From Balanoglossus misakiensis (Eukaryota > Animalia > Hemichordata): 64,000 bases of DNA. Numbering within the stretch: the stretch's first letter is position 1; the number at the start of each line of letters is the position of its first letter. Under the pieces are notes generated by a model that saw only the letters and a program-made list of their open reading frames with translations, was not told the origin of the DNA and did not search any database. Positions 24,401 through 39,400 of this stretch are shown piece by piece. Position numbers and translations under genes: made by a program. The stretch is from assembly GCA_040954595.2 (NCBI GenBank), contig CM082591.2, positions 332,418 to 396,417 on the forward strand, read 5' to 3'.

Positions 24401-27400
24401 ACTGTGCAGGCTGTGAATAAAATCAGTTAGATTTCAGATTAAACTGTGCAGGCAGATATGTTTAGGTGTTGCCTATGACAACCATGATGTCATAACTGTC
24501 TAGGTGCATACTGCTTCTAAGTAATGTGTCTATCAGCAATCGTTTAAGTTGCAAATGATGCATTAGAGATTCTAAAGTGAATGGTCATGTATGATCATTT
24601 TAACTTATGGATCTATAAATACTGACCCCATTGAGTTCTATTTCACTGTCAGACATCGTTGTTCGTATGGAATGATGATTGATGCGAGATCTCTTCTTAG
24701 ATTTGCTATCAGTGCTTGCGTTACTAATATCACTGTCGTTTCCCAATGTATCTGAACTATTGCTAACAAGTGTGCTTGCTTCCGATGCTTCCGAGTCTAG
24801 ACTTGAGATTTTCTCCAATTGTTTGTTTCTCTTCAACGGAGCATCTGGTGATGAGTTGCTGCTGGCAACCCCATTGGTTGCCTTGGCAACAATCTCTATG
24901 CCACGGTCTTCATCTTGATCTGGAGTTCCTGGTCATGATGGAAAAAAAAATCCTATTATATGAAAATACAGTCCATAAACCTGTCACTAAATAATACATG
25001 TACATCAATTTCAAAATACTGTATCCTTCAGACTCATACTGATCATGAAAATAAATACATATAAAAAAATTTAATTAACATTAGGCACCTGTTACTCCTC
25101 CAGTTGCCCCTTGACCTCCAGTACCCAGATTTTCCAATTCAGATTCATCAACGATATCAAAAGAGCTATCATTGCGATTGTCTTCAATACTATCAGTGTG
25201 TTCTGCAAAAGAGTTCACATATCAAGGGATTAAGGTTATGCAAGTTACAATCAGTAAAAGTAATTAATTCTTGCCACTTAGAAGACGCTGTGGAAAAGAG
25301 ACACCTTTCTAAATGGGTTTGAGAAAATAATCATACCTACCTTTCTTGACACTGGCTTCTCTTTCTTTGGCACTCCAACCTAAAGAAATATTTACAGAAA
25401 CAAATCACATTAGTGTCATCATCGCTGAAATTCATCATTTCAGAAAAATAGTTTATTAATCATTTAATCTTTAAATCTGACCAAGTTTGGCAGCTTTTTA
25501 TTCTGCAAATCTTTGCACGTTTATGTATTCGCAAATTCCTGGTAACATTTCTGAAATGCACTTTTCATTCTCTAATGGGGTTTGGATCTCAAACAAGACA
25601 TACACACATAAATTGTTAGTTCTACTTGAAATTGGACATTTTAAATTATCCTGGCGAAACATGGTATGCGTTATCTATCACTACTTCACTATTTGAACTA
25701 CGAATTGGCCGAGTCTAGCTACAAATACAGGCAAATGTTAACGGACACACCAAGTGAAGAAATAGTTCTTACTCTCTGTTGATTTTATGATGTATGCATT
25801 TGATGGAAGAAATTGTGCGACCGAAGACACATAATATGATAAGAGAGAGAGAAATAGAAAAAGAGAAAGTGAAAGACCAACGGGACAAAAACGCAGTTAT
25901 TTATGATTAGTCATTACATAACAGTGCAGCGCCAACATTAAATAATAACACATGATAGCGAGGGCAATATCACGATTTGAAGCCTGCACGAGGGATGGTG
26001 ATCTCTGACCATAATATTGATGATGCCCGAGCCGCAGGCGAGGGTATCATCAATATTGTGGTCAGAGATCACCAGCCCGAGGGCAGGCTTCAAATCGTGA
26101 TGTTGCCCGAGCATCATGTGTTATTAATTTTATTACGCCGAACATTTGAACGTACATACAAGGCAGGCATAGAAGAACGTAGACGCGCGTCCATATGTCG
26201 TACGTTGCTGAGAATGTAAAATGTCTCGATCTCCCAAGAATTATACGATACCTACTTCGAACTTAGATTATTTTGAAAATACTGCACTGTTGGTTGCGAT
26301 TTTGTTGTATTTACTGTCCGTTTATGGTAAAATATCGTCCAGTTGAACAGGTGTTAAGCCTATGTGTCGCTTTGAAGCCATAGATGCGGGAGTTGACTGA
26401 TCGTGGAGGAAGCCATTGAACGACAGTTTGGAACGCGCAGAAGTCGCGCGCAGAACACAAAACAACCCAGCGGGCAATATCAGCGCACGCGACAGGGCTT
26501 TATCAACTCTAGCCATGTTATATCACTTTTTTTTCTATATCACGTGAGCGCGTCTCAGCCAATCACGAATATGGTATAATACGTGAGGTGTAATAATGCA
26601 TATTATCATTCCACATTCTTTGAGCTGGCATTCAGTGCAATATTGATTTGTATGATTTTTAATTTTTGTAGGCAGATCAGTCGAGTAATGTGCATGGCAG
26701 TCATGTGGGTAATGCTGTCCTCAGTGTTGTGGCAGTATGGTATGTGAGGCCTATGCTGTGGTTGTCATGGTATGGTATTATGTGGCATATATGGCAGTCA
26801 TGTGGGTAATGCTGTCCTCAGTGTTGAGGCAGTATGGTATGTGAGGCCTATGCTGTGGTTGTCATGGTATGGTATTATGTGGCATATGGCAGTCATGTGG
26901 GTTTGTCACTGTGTAGTGCAGTATGGCAGTTGTGTGGGCAATATTGCTGTGTTTGTTATATTTTGCAAAAAAAGTATGATTTCACAGCCAAGTTCACAGA
27001 CTATCATATCACAGGCACATGAAAAACAAGATCCTGCATGCATTGATGGGCTGACAAGACATGCATTGGACAACCAACCAACCAACCATGCACTAATGAA
27101 CAAACAAAACAAACTTCAGACTTTCACAGAACATTTTCTGTTAACACCAACTACATGTACTTCCTACATTTCTAACTACATTTCTCTTTGGGTTTTAGTA
27201 CAGTCAAATTTATAACACAGCAACACATGGAGCTTATGACCAGCTCAACTCTGGGGTTTTACAGGCCATGATGACAAAACAACATGTTTTGAGACAATCA
27301 CATGCTGATACTAAGTAATTTGAACAAATCCAAATTTATATTATACAATTACAAGGATCTTTCTGATCATTTGACATAACTTTCTATCTTTGCAATTAAT

Positions 27401-30400
27401 GAATGATGTAAAAATAATGTTTTTTTTGTCAGTGAGAGATTCTGGTGATATATACTGCATACAAGGTACAAAAAGGGGGACAACAGTACACAAGTTATAA
27501 TCCTTAACATTGTTGTAAAGACATGGAAACTTCACTGTCATGAGTTAATTTCAAAACAGAGTGGGGAGGACAGAAAATCGGGAGGCTGGGATACAAATAC
27601 ATTGCTTAAGTGTTCCCTCTAACATATTTTCACTCTATTACTGTCCCATTGCAACGAATTCTTGTGTATCCAGGTTCATCTTTATCATAATTATGCAAGT
27701 TCTTGTTTAGAAACAAACTGATGTGTATTCAGGCAACATCTCAACAAATCTTAACCCTTTCACCCCCAGTTCCTTCTTTAGAGGTCCAACCTTACCATAG
27801 AAAGCAATGGGTTTGGACTGAACCATGGTGGTAAAAGGGTTAAACTGAATATAAATGCTGTGAAAATCTGTTTCTAGAGGGAACAATGATCTATTTTACC
27901 ACTGACAATATTTGGGCAAATACTTGGACTGGGTTGCCACCGGATACGACATGCAAGGGAGAGTCAACACCACTTGATCACGATCGACAACCATTTAAGA
28001 GTGGAGAGACCATCCTCACCTAAAGCAGCAATCAGATTGTCTTCGTTTAAGCTATGGGTGTCGTATTTAGAACCACCATAGGGATGTATGTAATGAAAAC
28101 TACCACCGAAATCCCCAGACATATACAAACCCTCAGGACTGCCAAACATACTTTCATCATCTGGTGTCAATGCCCCTTTCTTCTGAGCCATGCTTTTGTC
28201 GATTTCTTTGCCGTAGTAATGAGTGTGTACGATCTCTAACACTGTGAAAGCACTAGCCATTCCTCCAGAACCACTTGTCTCATACGTGTGTTCCAGGCCA
28301 GCTATAAGAGCTTTTATGACAGACAGAAGCCCTTTGTATACTTGCTTGCTTATTTTCTGAAAACAAGCAAACACAGCAAATTAACACTGATAGATCTATA
28401 AAGATTGGTTCTTTAAATCACAAGATTTCTACATGTACATGTATATTGAAGTAAAATGCTATGAATATACAGGATAAAATAATCTTTTACAATCTATTAC
28501 ACACAGCAATGAAAATTTTTCAGAAACACGACACAGAAAACACTGTGGTTTGACCAAACGATAGTTATAAGATGCTTCAACTCACCACATCCTCGATATA
28601 ATCCTCGGTCACAGTACTGTCCTGAGGGTACAACTGACTCACAACCTGAGCTCGTAGGTTTTCATTCTGCATAAGTTTCTTCAACCGTGGCAGACTAAGC
28701 CATCCGACTCCATTGCCTTCCATCACATTCCGGATCACTTCCTTCAAGAATTGTTGGTTCTCTCTGTGGGAAAATGAAGGGGGCCAGTCTCTGAATGTGT
28801 TTGGCTACATGAGAGGGGTTAGGGCTAGTAGTGTCTCGAAACCCGCTTATTGCTGTTCACAGCTATATTTTAATTTGCAATCATTATTGATGCTAAAGAT
28901 ATCACAGTATCCGTGTACTTACTGGCTTGCCAGGACTTCTGGTGGTGATGTTGGACTAGGTTTCTCTTTCTCAGGAGTCTTCTTGCCTGTCACACTGTGT
29001 TTGATCAGAGTTGATCTCTCAACCAAACTGCTCTTCCTGGATCCTGTGAAGCCATACAAAACCACATGTATATTCATACAACTATTTAAAGCCAAAATTC
29101 TCAGAGTCTAACATTCTTCACTTAGCCTTAGTGTCATAAGTCAACAAGAACACTGAAGTAGTCGTTGATCATCAATGTGTTCTGGTAGATCACAAACACT
29201 TTTTTGATTATTTAAATATTTTAGACTCATTTTATAAAACTGATCTGAATGCCGGCTAGACCAAACACTGAAACAGACTTTTCTGGAGTTAACTTGCAGA
29301 ACTCTGGGACTTTCTCATACTTTCCAAGAAAACAGACAGACAGAAACCCTATCAACCTGTAAATCTTACTGTTGTACAAACTCACCTGAAGGGAATGGAC
29401 TGAGATGTTTCTTTTTCCTTCCGATAGGCAGACTCATACTGGACACACCACTGCTACTTCGATAATTGCCTGGGTCTGATTTGATACTCGGAGGGTAACC
29501 ATTAAAGTCGCTACTTGCAATCGAGGTCGGTGATCCCAATGGATCTCTCTCAACACTTCGACTATCAGAAAATCCCTTCAACAGTGGTGGTTTCTTCTTT
29601 GGTGTGGTAGAGGGCGATGAATCTGTCGACTCGGAGCGTAGCATTGAACTTATTTTCTTCAAGACGTTTGATGATTGCTTGACTTCTTCTTCATCTGATT
29701 GTCTCGATCTGGGAGAGGCTCTGGACAAACCGTTTGCAGAAACACTGCGTTTGTGTCGAATGGCATTTGTTAACCCAGGATCTGATTTGACAGAGTTGTT
29801 ATCATGATCGACAGACTGTTTGGCGATTGGAGGCGTCCCCAAATACTCCACTGTGTTTGCTGTTGTTCCACTTTGGTTGCTGTCAGAGTCGTATTTCAGA
29901 CTTTCTACATCAGCGTCAGTGTCTGCACCAGATAACATAACCTCTGGAGGGTGCTACAAAAAAATATCAATTTTCAGGCAATCATGGTTTGTGTCAATAC
30001 TAAAAACCAAAGCAACCCACATCTCTTTAAATAGCGCACACTATGATAATTGGCATACCGGTATTCTACTCGCTTGGGGCATACCATCATTAGAAAGATG
30101 GGTGAAATACTGAAACTTGCAGGGTGAAGCTTTTCTTGTGGTGTAGACTTGACAGCGTTTCCATGCTGGTATAATTGCTTATATTCAAAGGGGTTCAGTC
30201 ACCATGGTTGAATTGTGTATGCTGATCAAAACATCCTATAAATTCTAGTGACTGAGCCCCTTTAATGATACAGTTTAATTTTTTATAACACATCCCTTCA
30301 CCTTCTTTTCACCGGGTATGCAGGGAGAGCTACATGTAGAATACACTAGTGCTAATTTTAATTCTGAATGATGATCATATGCTATACTGTACCCTGAGGC

Positions 30401-33400
30401 GTTTCAGATAACCAGTGAAATAGAGGCGAAACTGTTGAGGTGGAAATAATTGCAGATAAAAAGAGACAAACATGAATCGAATGATAAATAAATAACTGTA
30501 CCAGCAGAAATAAGAAGAGTGAGGCCTCTCTCGCTCAAATGGCTCATTAAAGGGACAAGCCTTTCACTCACTGAAACATGCTGAGTCATCTGTGATAAAA
30601 GATGCAGCATTTCATCTAATTTCAAGGATTTGCATGATTTGACAAGTCACATCTTTTCTGTGACACATTATTTTCATGAAGGAATATTATCTTTACCTCT
30701 GGTGAGACTGGAGTGTCCACTTTCAATGTCCCTCTCTGATACAACGGAAGTGCTGCACTGTCTCCTGGTCCGTATTCCGAGTCCAAATCATGGCCGAGTG
30801 ACGGATAACTGGAAGCGGAAGACTCGCTATCCGGTATTGAGAATGTGGAGTCGCTGTTACTCATTGCACTTGTTGGGATTTGTAAGTCGTGGGGAGGGGC
30901 GTATACAGAATGGTGCTCCAAATCAACAGGTGGGATGCTTTCAAATTCGCCTGTCAATAACACAATCAATCAATTAAAGTAATTGTGTAGCATGAGGCAG
31001 CATTTGCTGGAGTGAAAGAGATGTTAGCCACACAAAAAACAACTGTAAGACAGAATGCAACTTAAGTTAGCAAGGAGATTGAGCCAGACAATACTGTGCA
31101 GGCAAAGTCATTTCTCTTTTGTGTAACATAAAAGGTTTTTCACTGTCGATTTGCAAATGATCTCATCCATCATTACCTGTTACATCACCTGTGATGTCAC
31201 TATTCATGATGTCGGTCACAAAGTCACTCAAAGAAGAGTACGATGAACTCGTACTTCCTGCGTCATCTTCATCTTCTGTGTTACTTCCACTTTCGTCTGT
31301 TGGATTCTCGTCATCTGACGTTCCTTCTATGGATGCAGCTAGCGTCGCCGCCAATGTCAGCTTGTCATCGTAGACTTTGAATTCCACTGGGCTGAGCTGA
31401 GCGCTGTACCACTTGGATTTGTCTCCGATGAGTTGTGGGTCGTAAACGCCAGTGTGGACTCGTAGGAATGCGACATTTGTTGGATTCAGAGACCATTCTG
31501 CAAAGTATTCTACAGCCTAAAAGAGATTTGAAATAAACAAAGAAGCTCTTTAGCCAGGGCAGCTGACTTTCCATGTAAATGAAAAAATGGACATTAACAG
31601 AATATTAGATGTGCAACATCGTATGTCAGGGAATTTGCTATCTTTCTCAGAGATAAATCAGTTAATGCAAAAGTCACCATTTTCATGTTCAAAGATGAAC
31701 AAATTGAAGAAAATTGGCTCCTAATCTTTTTGCTTATCAGACTGCATCACACATAGGTAGTGACCTGTGAAGTGTATTAATGAAGTAATAAAGGTTTTCC
31801 TACCTGTGTCTTTGAGAGTCTGTCTATGAACTGTGTCCTATGGCCTCTGGATTGCAAGAACTGATTCATCTGAAACGCCACCACTGGCCTCGGATGCAGC
31901 CTCAATGTCCTTGTATGCTCCACAAAATTGGCCATGATGTTGGGTGAATTGAAGAACTTCACCATGGCAACTCTGGTTGCTATGTCAACAGAGTCAACAT
32001 CATTGCCATAGATGAAAGGGTTGAACCCCACCTCGGATGTGAAACTCTCACGTCTGGTCCAAGCAGGTTTTGCATCGCCATCTGCCTTGTCCAGATTGTT
32101 AATGGCTTGTGGGCTCATGCTCATACTGGCTAATGCCTGGAATTAAAATTATCAAACAGAATATTAGTGGAAACCTGAAGCTATTTTTTTTTCTGTTGTA
32201 TCAACTGCAACACTTCTGCTCTATTCCCTACATCATATCCAAAGTAACTTACAGAAACAGACTGTGGATATACTAGGGCTCATCCAATTCTAGTAATTTA
32301 TTTTGTGGAAACCAAATAGGTTTAAATTTGAAGAGAAAAAATGTCAAATGTTTGCTATAATATCCATCAATACATTAAATTCAAGATGGCATTAATACTT
32401 TCTATTTTCTATTTCAAAAAAGCTAATTGTCATCTTCTTTCACAAGACGAACAAATAATGTTTGACACAAAGAATTTGAATCAATAGTAATATAACAAAC
32501 CATGAATAAAATATCAATGTCTGTTGTAGCTTGTACGAATATTATTATCACAGACAAGCTGGTAAATATATTTTTTGTAAACCATACACACAGATTACAA
32601 TATTTTTGAATGTGAATACAATCAAAGGATTTTCTTATCATAAAACTCATCACTATAGTACATTTAGAAAATGATATTCCACACTCAAAGGGAAAAGATT
32701 TTATTTTCTTCCTCTTCAAAATTGATGACGAGACCCGACTCTGCAAAGAAGCAGTTTCAATTCCACAGGGTGATGATAGATTTCTTTACTGATTCCGCCC
32801 ACACACATGTATCAGATTACTAATGTGTGGGTAGTTCTTATTTTACAATAAATAAATGCTCTTTCAAAGCTCTGTAAACTTTCCGAGATGAAAAATTTGG
32901 CCAACTTTCCCTTGGCAAGTTAATAAATAATATGTATTAAAATACGGCAAGCTTCAAAACCTACCGAGGCATGGTACAAAATGAATATTTCTCTGCTTGC
33001 TTTACCTGTTTGAGATGGTTCTTAAGAACAGTGCCTTCCGGTTCTGGAAGTGTGGGCAACTCATCAGCACTGAGTGGCACTGTTATCTAGAAAGTAATCA
33101 AGAAATATGAAACTTTAAAAGGAAACTCTGATAAATAAAATATTTCACAAAGCATAATAAAGGCCACTGCTGGTGATACATAGCCCTTGATAATATCCTG
33201 AAATGGGATTCAAAATAAATACAGGAGAAATACAATGACCATCTTTTCACTACAAAAACATCTTCATCCTTTTTACAAAGCACGTAATTTAACAACGAAG
33301 AAAAAGTTCCAATATGATAACTTACCTTGTTTGAATCCAGATCTATAAGCCAGACATCATCAGGCATTTTAAATGTGGATTTGTATGGAAAAAAGCTGGC

Positions 33401-36400
33401 AGGCACACCAATTATATATGGGGTTGGTGCAAGGAGTAACTGCAACGGAAGATTGAAGTTAATCACATCTGTTTCTTTATGTGGACAACAAATCACACTG
33501 TGTGAACGTTTTAAGAAAATCTGTGAGGTATCTCATGTACTCACCTGTTCAGCTGAACTCATGCAAGTCGGCAGTAGAGGAATAACAGGAAACATATACT
33601 CTAAGGGATAGATCATGGAAACAAATGCCATAACACTCATGGATAAAGCATTGTAATCTCTTGATTGAAGTACAATCTGAAAGAGATAAAAACACAGGTG
33701 TCATTCATAAGGTGTGGGGGAAAATTAACCAGGCCATGAAAATGCTTGTTCATAGTAAATAAGAAGTGCCACCTGTATCAGAAATTTACATCCCAGGCCC
33801 TGGGAGACACAAGACCATCAAAGAGATTGATGAGAAATGCTGTTTCTGTGCAGATCACTAAAGCTACGTGTATGCACAAGCATACAAGTTGAGATCATGA
33901 ATTTACATGTACCCAACATGCAAGAAACACATAGCTGACATCTGCAGAATTTATTTTTATTTTATTAGTCAGTTTCTAGAAAGTATTCTGCACATCTCTC
34001 TCATGATTTTCTGTCCTCGCTGATTCCAAGGACGTTCACGTACAGGTAAGGTTAGAGCTAAAAGGGAATGTCTAGACGTAGACAACATCTTGTAATGCAC
34101 TCAGCAAGCTGTCCACTTCTGACGATAATTACACTGTGTCTGTTGCAGGAAAACAACTCTCTTTCTGCAATTTCACGATTTTACGAGTATGGCCAGCTGC
34201 TCTGCTAACAAAATAAAAGAACTAACACAAGTGTGATCCTATTTCAAACACTGCAAAATAATGATGTACCACATTTATCCAGGAAACGTTATCCATGCCT
34301 CGGAGATGACTTAGTTACAGCTTACCACAGCACCTACGCTAGGCTTATTACGAGAGTTTTCTTTGGATAAATAACAGGAAATTCATGCCCATTTTTAACG
34401 CTAAAATTGCGGAGAAAATTCTGGTGAAAATCTTCTTAGACAGGAAATAATTTCCATAGAGTGACTATTTTCATACATATTTATCGTACATGGTCCTTTT
34501 TTCTATTCACATGAAAGAACAGATTATTCATGATTATTCACATCAAAAACTGTCACTAATATTGTAATAACATCAGTTCTGAACGTTTGACAGTGGTGAA
34601 ATAAAGCATAATGTATAAAGCTGGCATATAGCACACTAATCACAGGATTATTTCGGGTTAATTTCACAGACTTTCACTTTATTTTGTGTCAAACCAGCAC
34701 CATTAATGGCCAAACCCTCCTTAAATTGGTTTTTATCAACTAATTATTTCCAAATAAATTCCAAATAACAGACCAGATTTACATCTCATTTTTCACAAAT
34801 GACCCAAACCTATATGTCTTTACCAATGTGCACACCTTTTCACAGCTGGCACCGATCTGATCTAAATTTGGTAACATTTCAAAAGTCTTATCGATGCCGT
34901 CATTTCCATATGTTTGCATCAATGATGTTAATGGTGTCATTTTATGAAACTTTCATCTGTGCCATTCAAATAAAACGATCTTAAAATTAGTAAAGCAAAT
35001 ACTGAATAAGTACATGTATGGGGCCCTGCAGAGGTCTAAAAGTAGGCAACGGTCTCCAGATGCCCAGGTGTGTGATCAAACAACGATCATTACATACAGT
35101 GCAAACTGAATCAGGTATACTACAGTGTCTGCTTTTATGAAACCCTGGCAAAATTGCAAATTAATGGGTCTTTCTCGCAACCCTAGTGAAATCAAGAAGC
35201 TTACACCATCCATTTTATTTCAGAGGGTAAATTTCACCACATTTGATGGAGCCCTGAGCTTAGGATAATCTCCCGTCTTGTCTGCCGGTAATCATACCGG
35301 TGTACCAGATACAATTAATTTTCAGCTTTGTGATGTCAACCATGGCAATCGTGGCACCCTGCTCAGAAATCCAACGAACAATCAAGGTTTAGAGTTAAAT
35401 TCTGTGAAATCCATTAATCTCAATGAGACTCTGAGAAAATCTGTCATTATATAATTAAAACTGAAAGTACAAACTATAAACATTCATTTAATTCTGCAAA
35501 CAACATCTAACTGTTGAGACAATTTTCAAGGCGCCAAGTAAAACATTTATCAGTTTTACAGAGAAGATGTAATTATACAGACAGGCAAGGCACAGGCCCT
35601 ACTACACACAGCATGCAGTCGCGTCAAAATATAATTCTTCCAGCTCTTGCCAGCAGAACACAGACTGGAGGACTCACTTATATCTAGGTACATGTACCTG
35701 ATGATGATTAATAGGCCAGGTAGTGCCATTGCTAATGAGTTAATCTTTCATTGGGAATTAATACTGAATAAATATCACATGATGATGTGTACTGTCCAGG
35801 GTCACTATCTAGGAAGAATTAATTAGACTTCTGCTCTGCCACGTTGTCAGTTTGTGCTGTCATCATGCATGCAAGATTGGCTCAAAAAGTAGGTGTGTTT
35901 GTTCATCAAGGTAATCCATGATTAATACATGTACTGGTATGTGATGTGGAAATATGTGTCATTTTTAAGAAATGGCCAATAACACATTGGTTGCACTGCA
36001 GATATCCAATGAAACTCCACAAAAATCTACATTTTTAAAACTTGACCAATTACTCGGGATATAATGCCGGCTAAATGACAACTTACCTTGCTTTATACAT
36101 ATGTGTAATGTACTGTAATCTGTTTGCGAAATTGGCCAATCAAAAATTGGTCATCTTCTTAAAAAGATACATTTTCAACCAATCACAAAGGACAAAAGGA
36201 CTGCTTGACCAATCACAACTCACCTTGTGCTCTTGAAGAATACATGTCAAAACCTGCAGACAGGTTTCAACACCGAGTAATTCCAACGGTAGATGCAGAG
36301 GGAAATCAGCCAGGCTGAAACGTGTGTGATCTGGCAGTGCTAGGGTTAACGGAGAATGCATATGAGTTGGCAGGATCTCCAGCTCGATTCTTGTCTTTCC

Positions 36401-39400
36401 CGGAACAGGAACTGGGGAACTGAGAAGGCGGAGTAGCCATGTCTCAATCTCTCGGACATCATGTCGTACAATTCCTGGGTTTTCACTTACACCAGTCAGC
36501 ACACCCCATACAGAATCTCTGCAATTAAATCATAACACATGGAGCTGTTGAAATAACATACCTATCATTATCAATATCATGATTATTGTACACTTTGTTA
36601 GCATTTTTCAAATTATCTGATTTAGCACTGTTGAATCCACTCTTGTGATCAGCAAACATTCCAAACATTTGTGAAACCCACCATCGCTGGTGTCCATGGT
36701 AACTATCATGAACAGACTGCCTTGGAAGACTGTGCATTTAGATAACAAACATGGAGATTATTTGAAACCATGGAATTTCCATATCAAATGTAAACAGAAT
36801 ACACACATTTTTAATACAACACATGTACCGGTATAAACAGATAATACGTTTCTGTCACTCAGTGCCATATGGACATCAAAACAGATTCATTTATTTGAAT
36901 AAATTACTGAGCATTGCAAATGGTAAGATTAATTCTTCAATACATGGTATATACACAGAACATGTCCACAATATGGTGCCTTTAAATGGTACCTATGAAC
37001 TTTGCTACTCTGGATATGGATAGGTGTTTACGGTCCACTAGTCTCCACACAATCTAAGGACACACCTAATCTTAAAAGCTTTCCACAAAGTTGTACATTG
37101 TGTCTCCTAGTAAACTGAAACAAACACTTAAAACTGTTTTTAGCTATAATAGGTCTCGACATGTGGATCTCAGATTACACCTCCCAACACTGACGATCGA
37201 AACTTTCTGTTGATTTTATTTAAAAAGGTATGTAAGACAAGAATCAATGTAAAAAGGGTAAACTAAAAGTTAAAGCTAGAGGCTTTCAACTATTGAATGA
37301 AGTACATGTATTTTGAAAAGAAACCTCTTCTCTTGACTGTCAATCTACACACTCACTGAACATGAAAAGATCACAACAGACACTAGTTACCAGTCTATTC
37401 TTAGATGGAATGTTTACGCACTGTGGCCCACAAAGGCACAACAATGACCCCTCCACAAACAGGGACACGCAAAGGTGAGTGACCGATAATTAAGCCTTTG
37501 GCCAAGTTTCAACAAAAACATGCAGGCGACTTGAAGTGACCCTATACTTTACACTACATGTAGATCAAATTTCTTAGTTTTTCTTTCCCCTCTGAATTTT
37601 TTCTCTTCATCAGGACAAGGTAGTTTCCTGTTGCAGTTCTAGATTTGTTGGATCCATTCTGTATGACAGTGACAAGATATCTACCTGCAATAGTTTCTGT
37701 ACATGTAAACTGAAAAAAAGGGAATTCGAAATGGAATCTACACTCCTACCATGGCCCAAAATGTAAATATTCTTCCTATGTACTACGCATCTGCTGTGGT
37801 TCAGTGAACGTCTACCTGTCTGTCAAAGCAAAGCATGTCAGAGGTTGACATCAGTTGCTACACATCTGACCAACAAACTGTGTGATTAATCAACTGTGAA
37901 GCAGATAGTGAGGCCAAAGGTATTCACTGAATGAGAACATCACACAATGTGGATTATGAGTTGGCCATAAATCATACCTATTATGATTCACATGAAAGAT
38001 ACTCTCGTGGGAATAATGAAATCTACAACATAAACTCCCTCACCTCTTTCATCAAAGCTTCATTTCACTTAATCTTTAATTTAGTAATATTGATGACAAC
38101 TGATATTAAAATATTTTGCATGATTGTAATATATTTGATAATAACATGCATCTATGTCATAAACATGCTATTTCGAAACTCATCTTATGTTCAAGGCCAC
38201 AGAAATATAGAATAAAATTAAAGCTGCAAGCAGCATTGTCCGGGCCCAAGCTCTATTATCTGATCTGATGCTAATATAGTGTTAAGTAGGTCAAAGGTCA
38301 CCCGAGGTCACCCAACATTTGGGCAAAATATTTTGACCCCATACTGGTCCATGTATAACAAAAACAAAACCTCTAGGTCTATTGGTTCATCATTAATTAG
38401 GTATGCGCATATTTAATGAGGTCACCAGAGGTCAAAGGGGTCATGAAAAGTAGCAAAATGTTTTGATCACATACAAATCCACATACATCAAAAACCAAAG
38501 TTATAGCCCTATTGGTTAGCCTGGAATTAGATATGCAGAAAAATGATTCGTCAAAAGTAGGTCAAAGGTCATTGCAAAATTACAAAAATATTTATAGCTT
38601 ATTCTTGTCATATGATGATTCATATCCATAAAAAGAATTTCTGTGCTATCAATTTTTAGGCTAGAAAAGGAATTTTTACTTTTTAATCGTTTTTCACAAA
38701 ATCCAATATGGCCGCCATAATCTTCAACCAATCACATTCCCCTTCGCAAACTTGATAGACATCCGTTTAATGACCACACACACCAAATCTTGTGACTCGG
38801 TTATCGCCCGTTCTGGAGGAGAAGATTTTTGAAGTTTTACTATGGTTTTTCGAAAATTCAATATGGCCGCCATAATCTTTGACCAATCACAATGATCTTC
38901 GCAAACTTGATAGACATCAGTTAGGTGACCACATAACCCAAACGGCGTGACTCGGTTATCGCCGGTTCTGGAGAAGAAGATTTTTGAAATTTTGACCAGA
39001 TTTCAGAAAAACAACTGTAGCAAAAAAACTGCAACATTGACAGCAAAATATCCAATTACAAAAATGATGGGCAGAGGGTATACTACCAGCACGCCAAATC
39101 TGAAGTCGATCTGACTAGTAGTTTCTGAGATCTGAGATTTGCATTTTTTCAGAAAATCCAATATGGCCGCCATGTCACGTGACTAATTAAGTATTCACAA
39201 GTCACTGCACATCTACTCATTGACCTTGACCACTGTAGCAAGTTTGAGAACTGTACCTGCAGCGGTGTCTGAGATCTAGAGCGCGAAAGAAATGAACCAA
39301 GAATAAAGAAAGAAAGAAAAACCCCAACGAAACCAATACGGGCCCAAGCCTGGCTTGGCTTGGGCCCATAACTACAACAATGTATGTGGGCAGGTATTGT

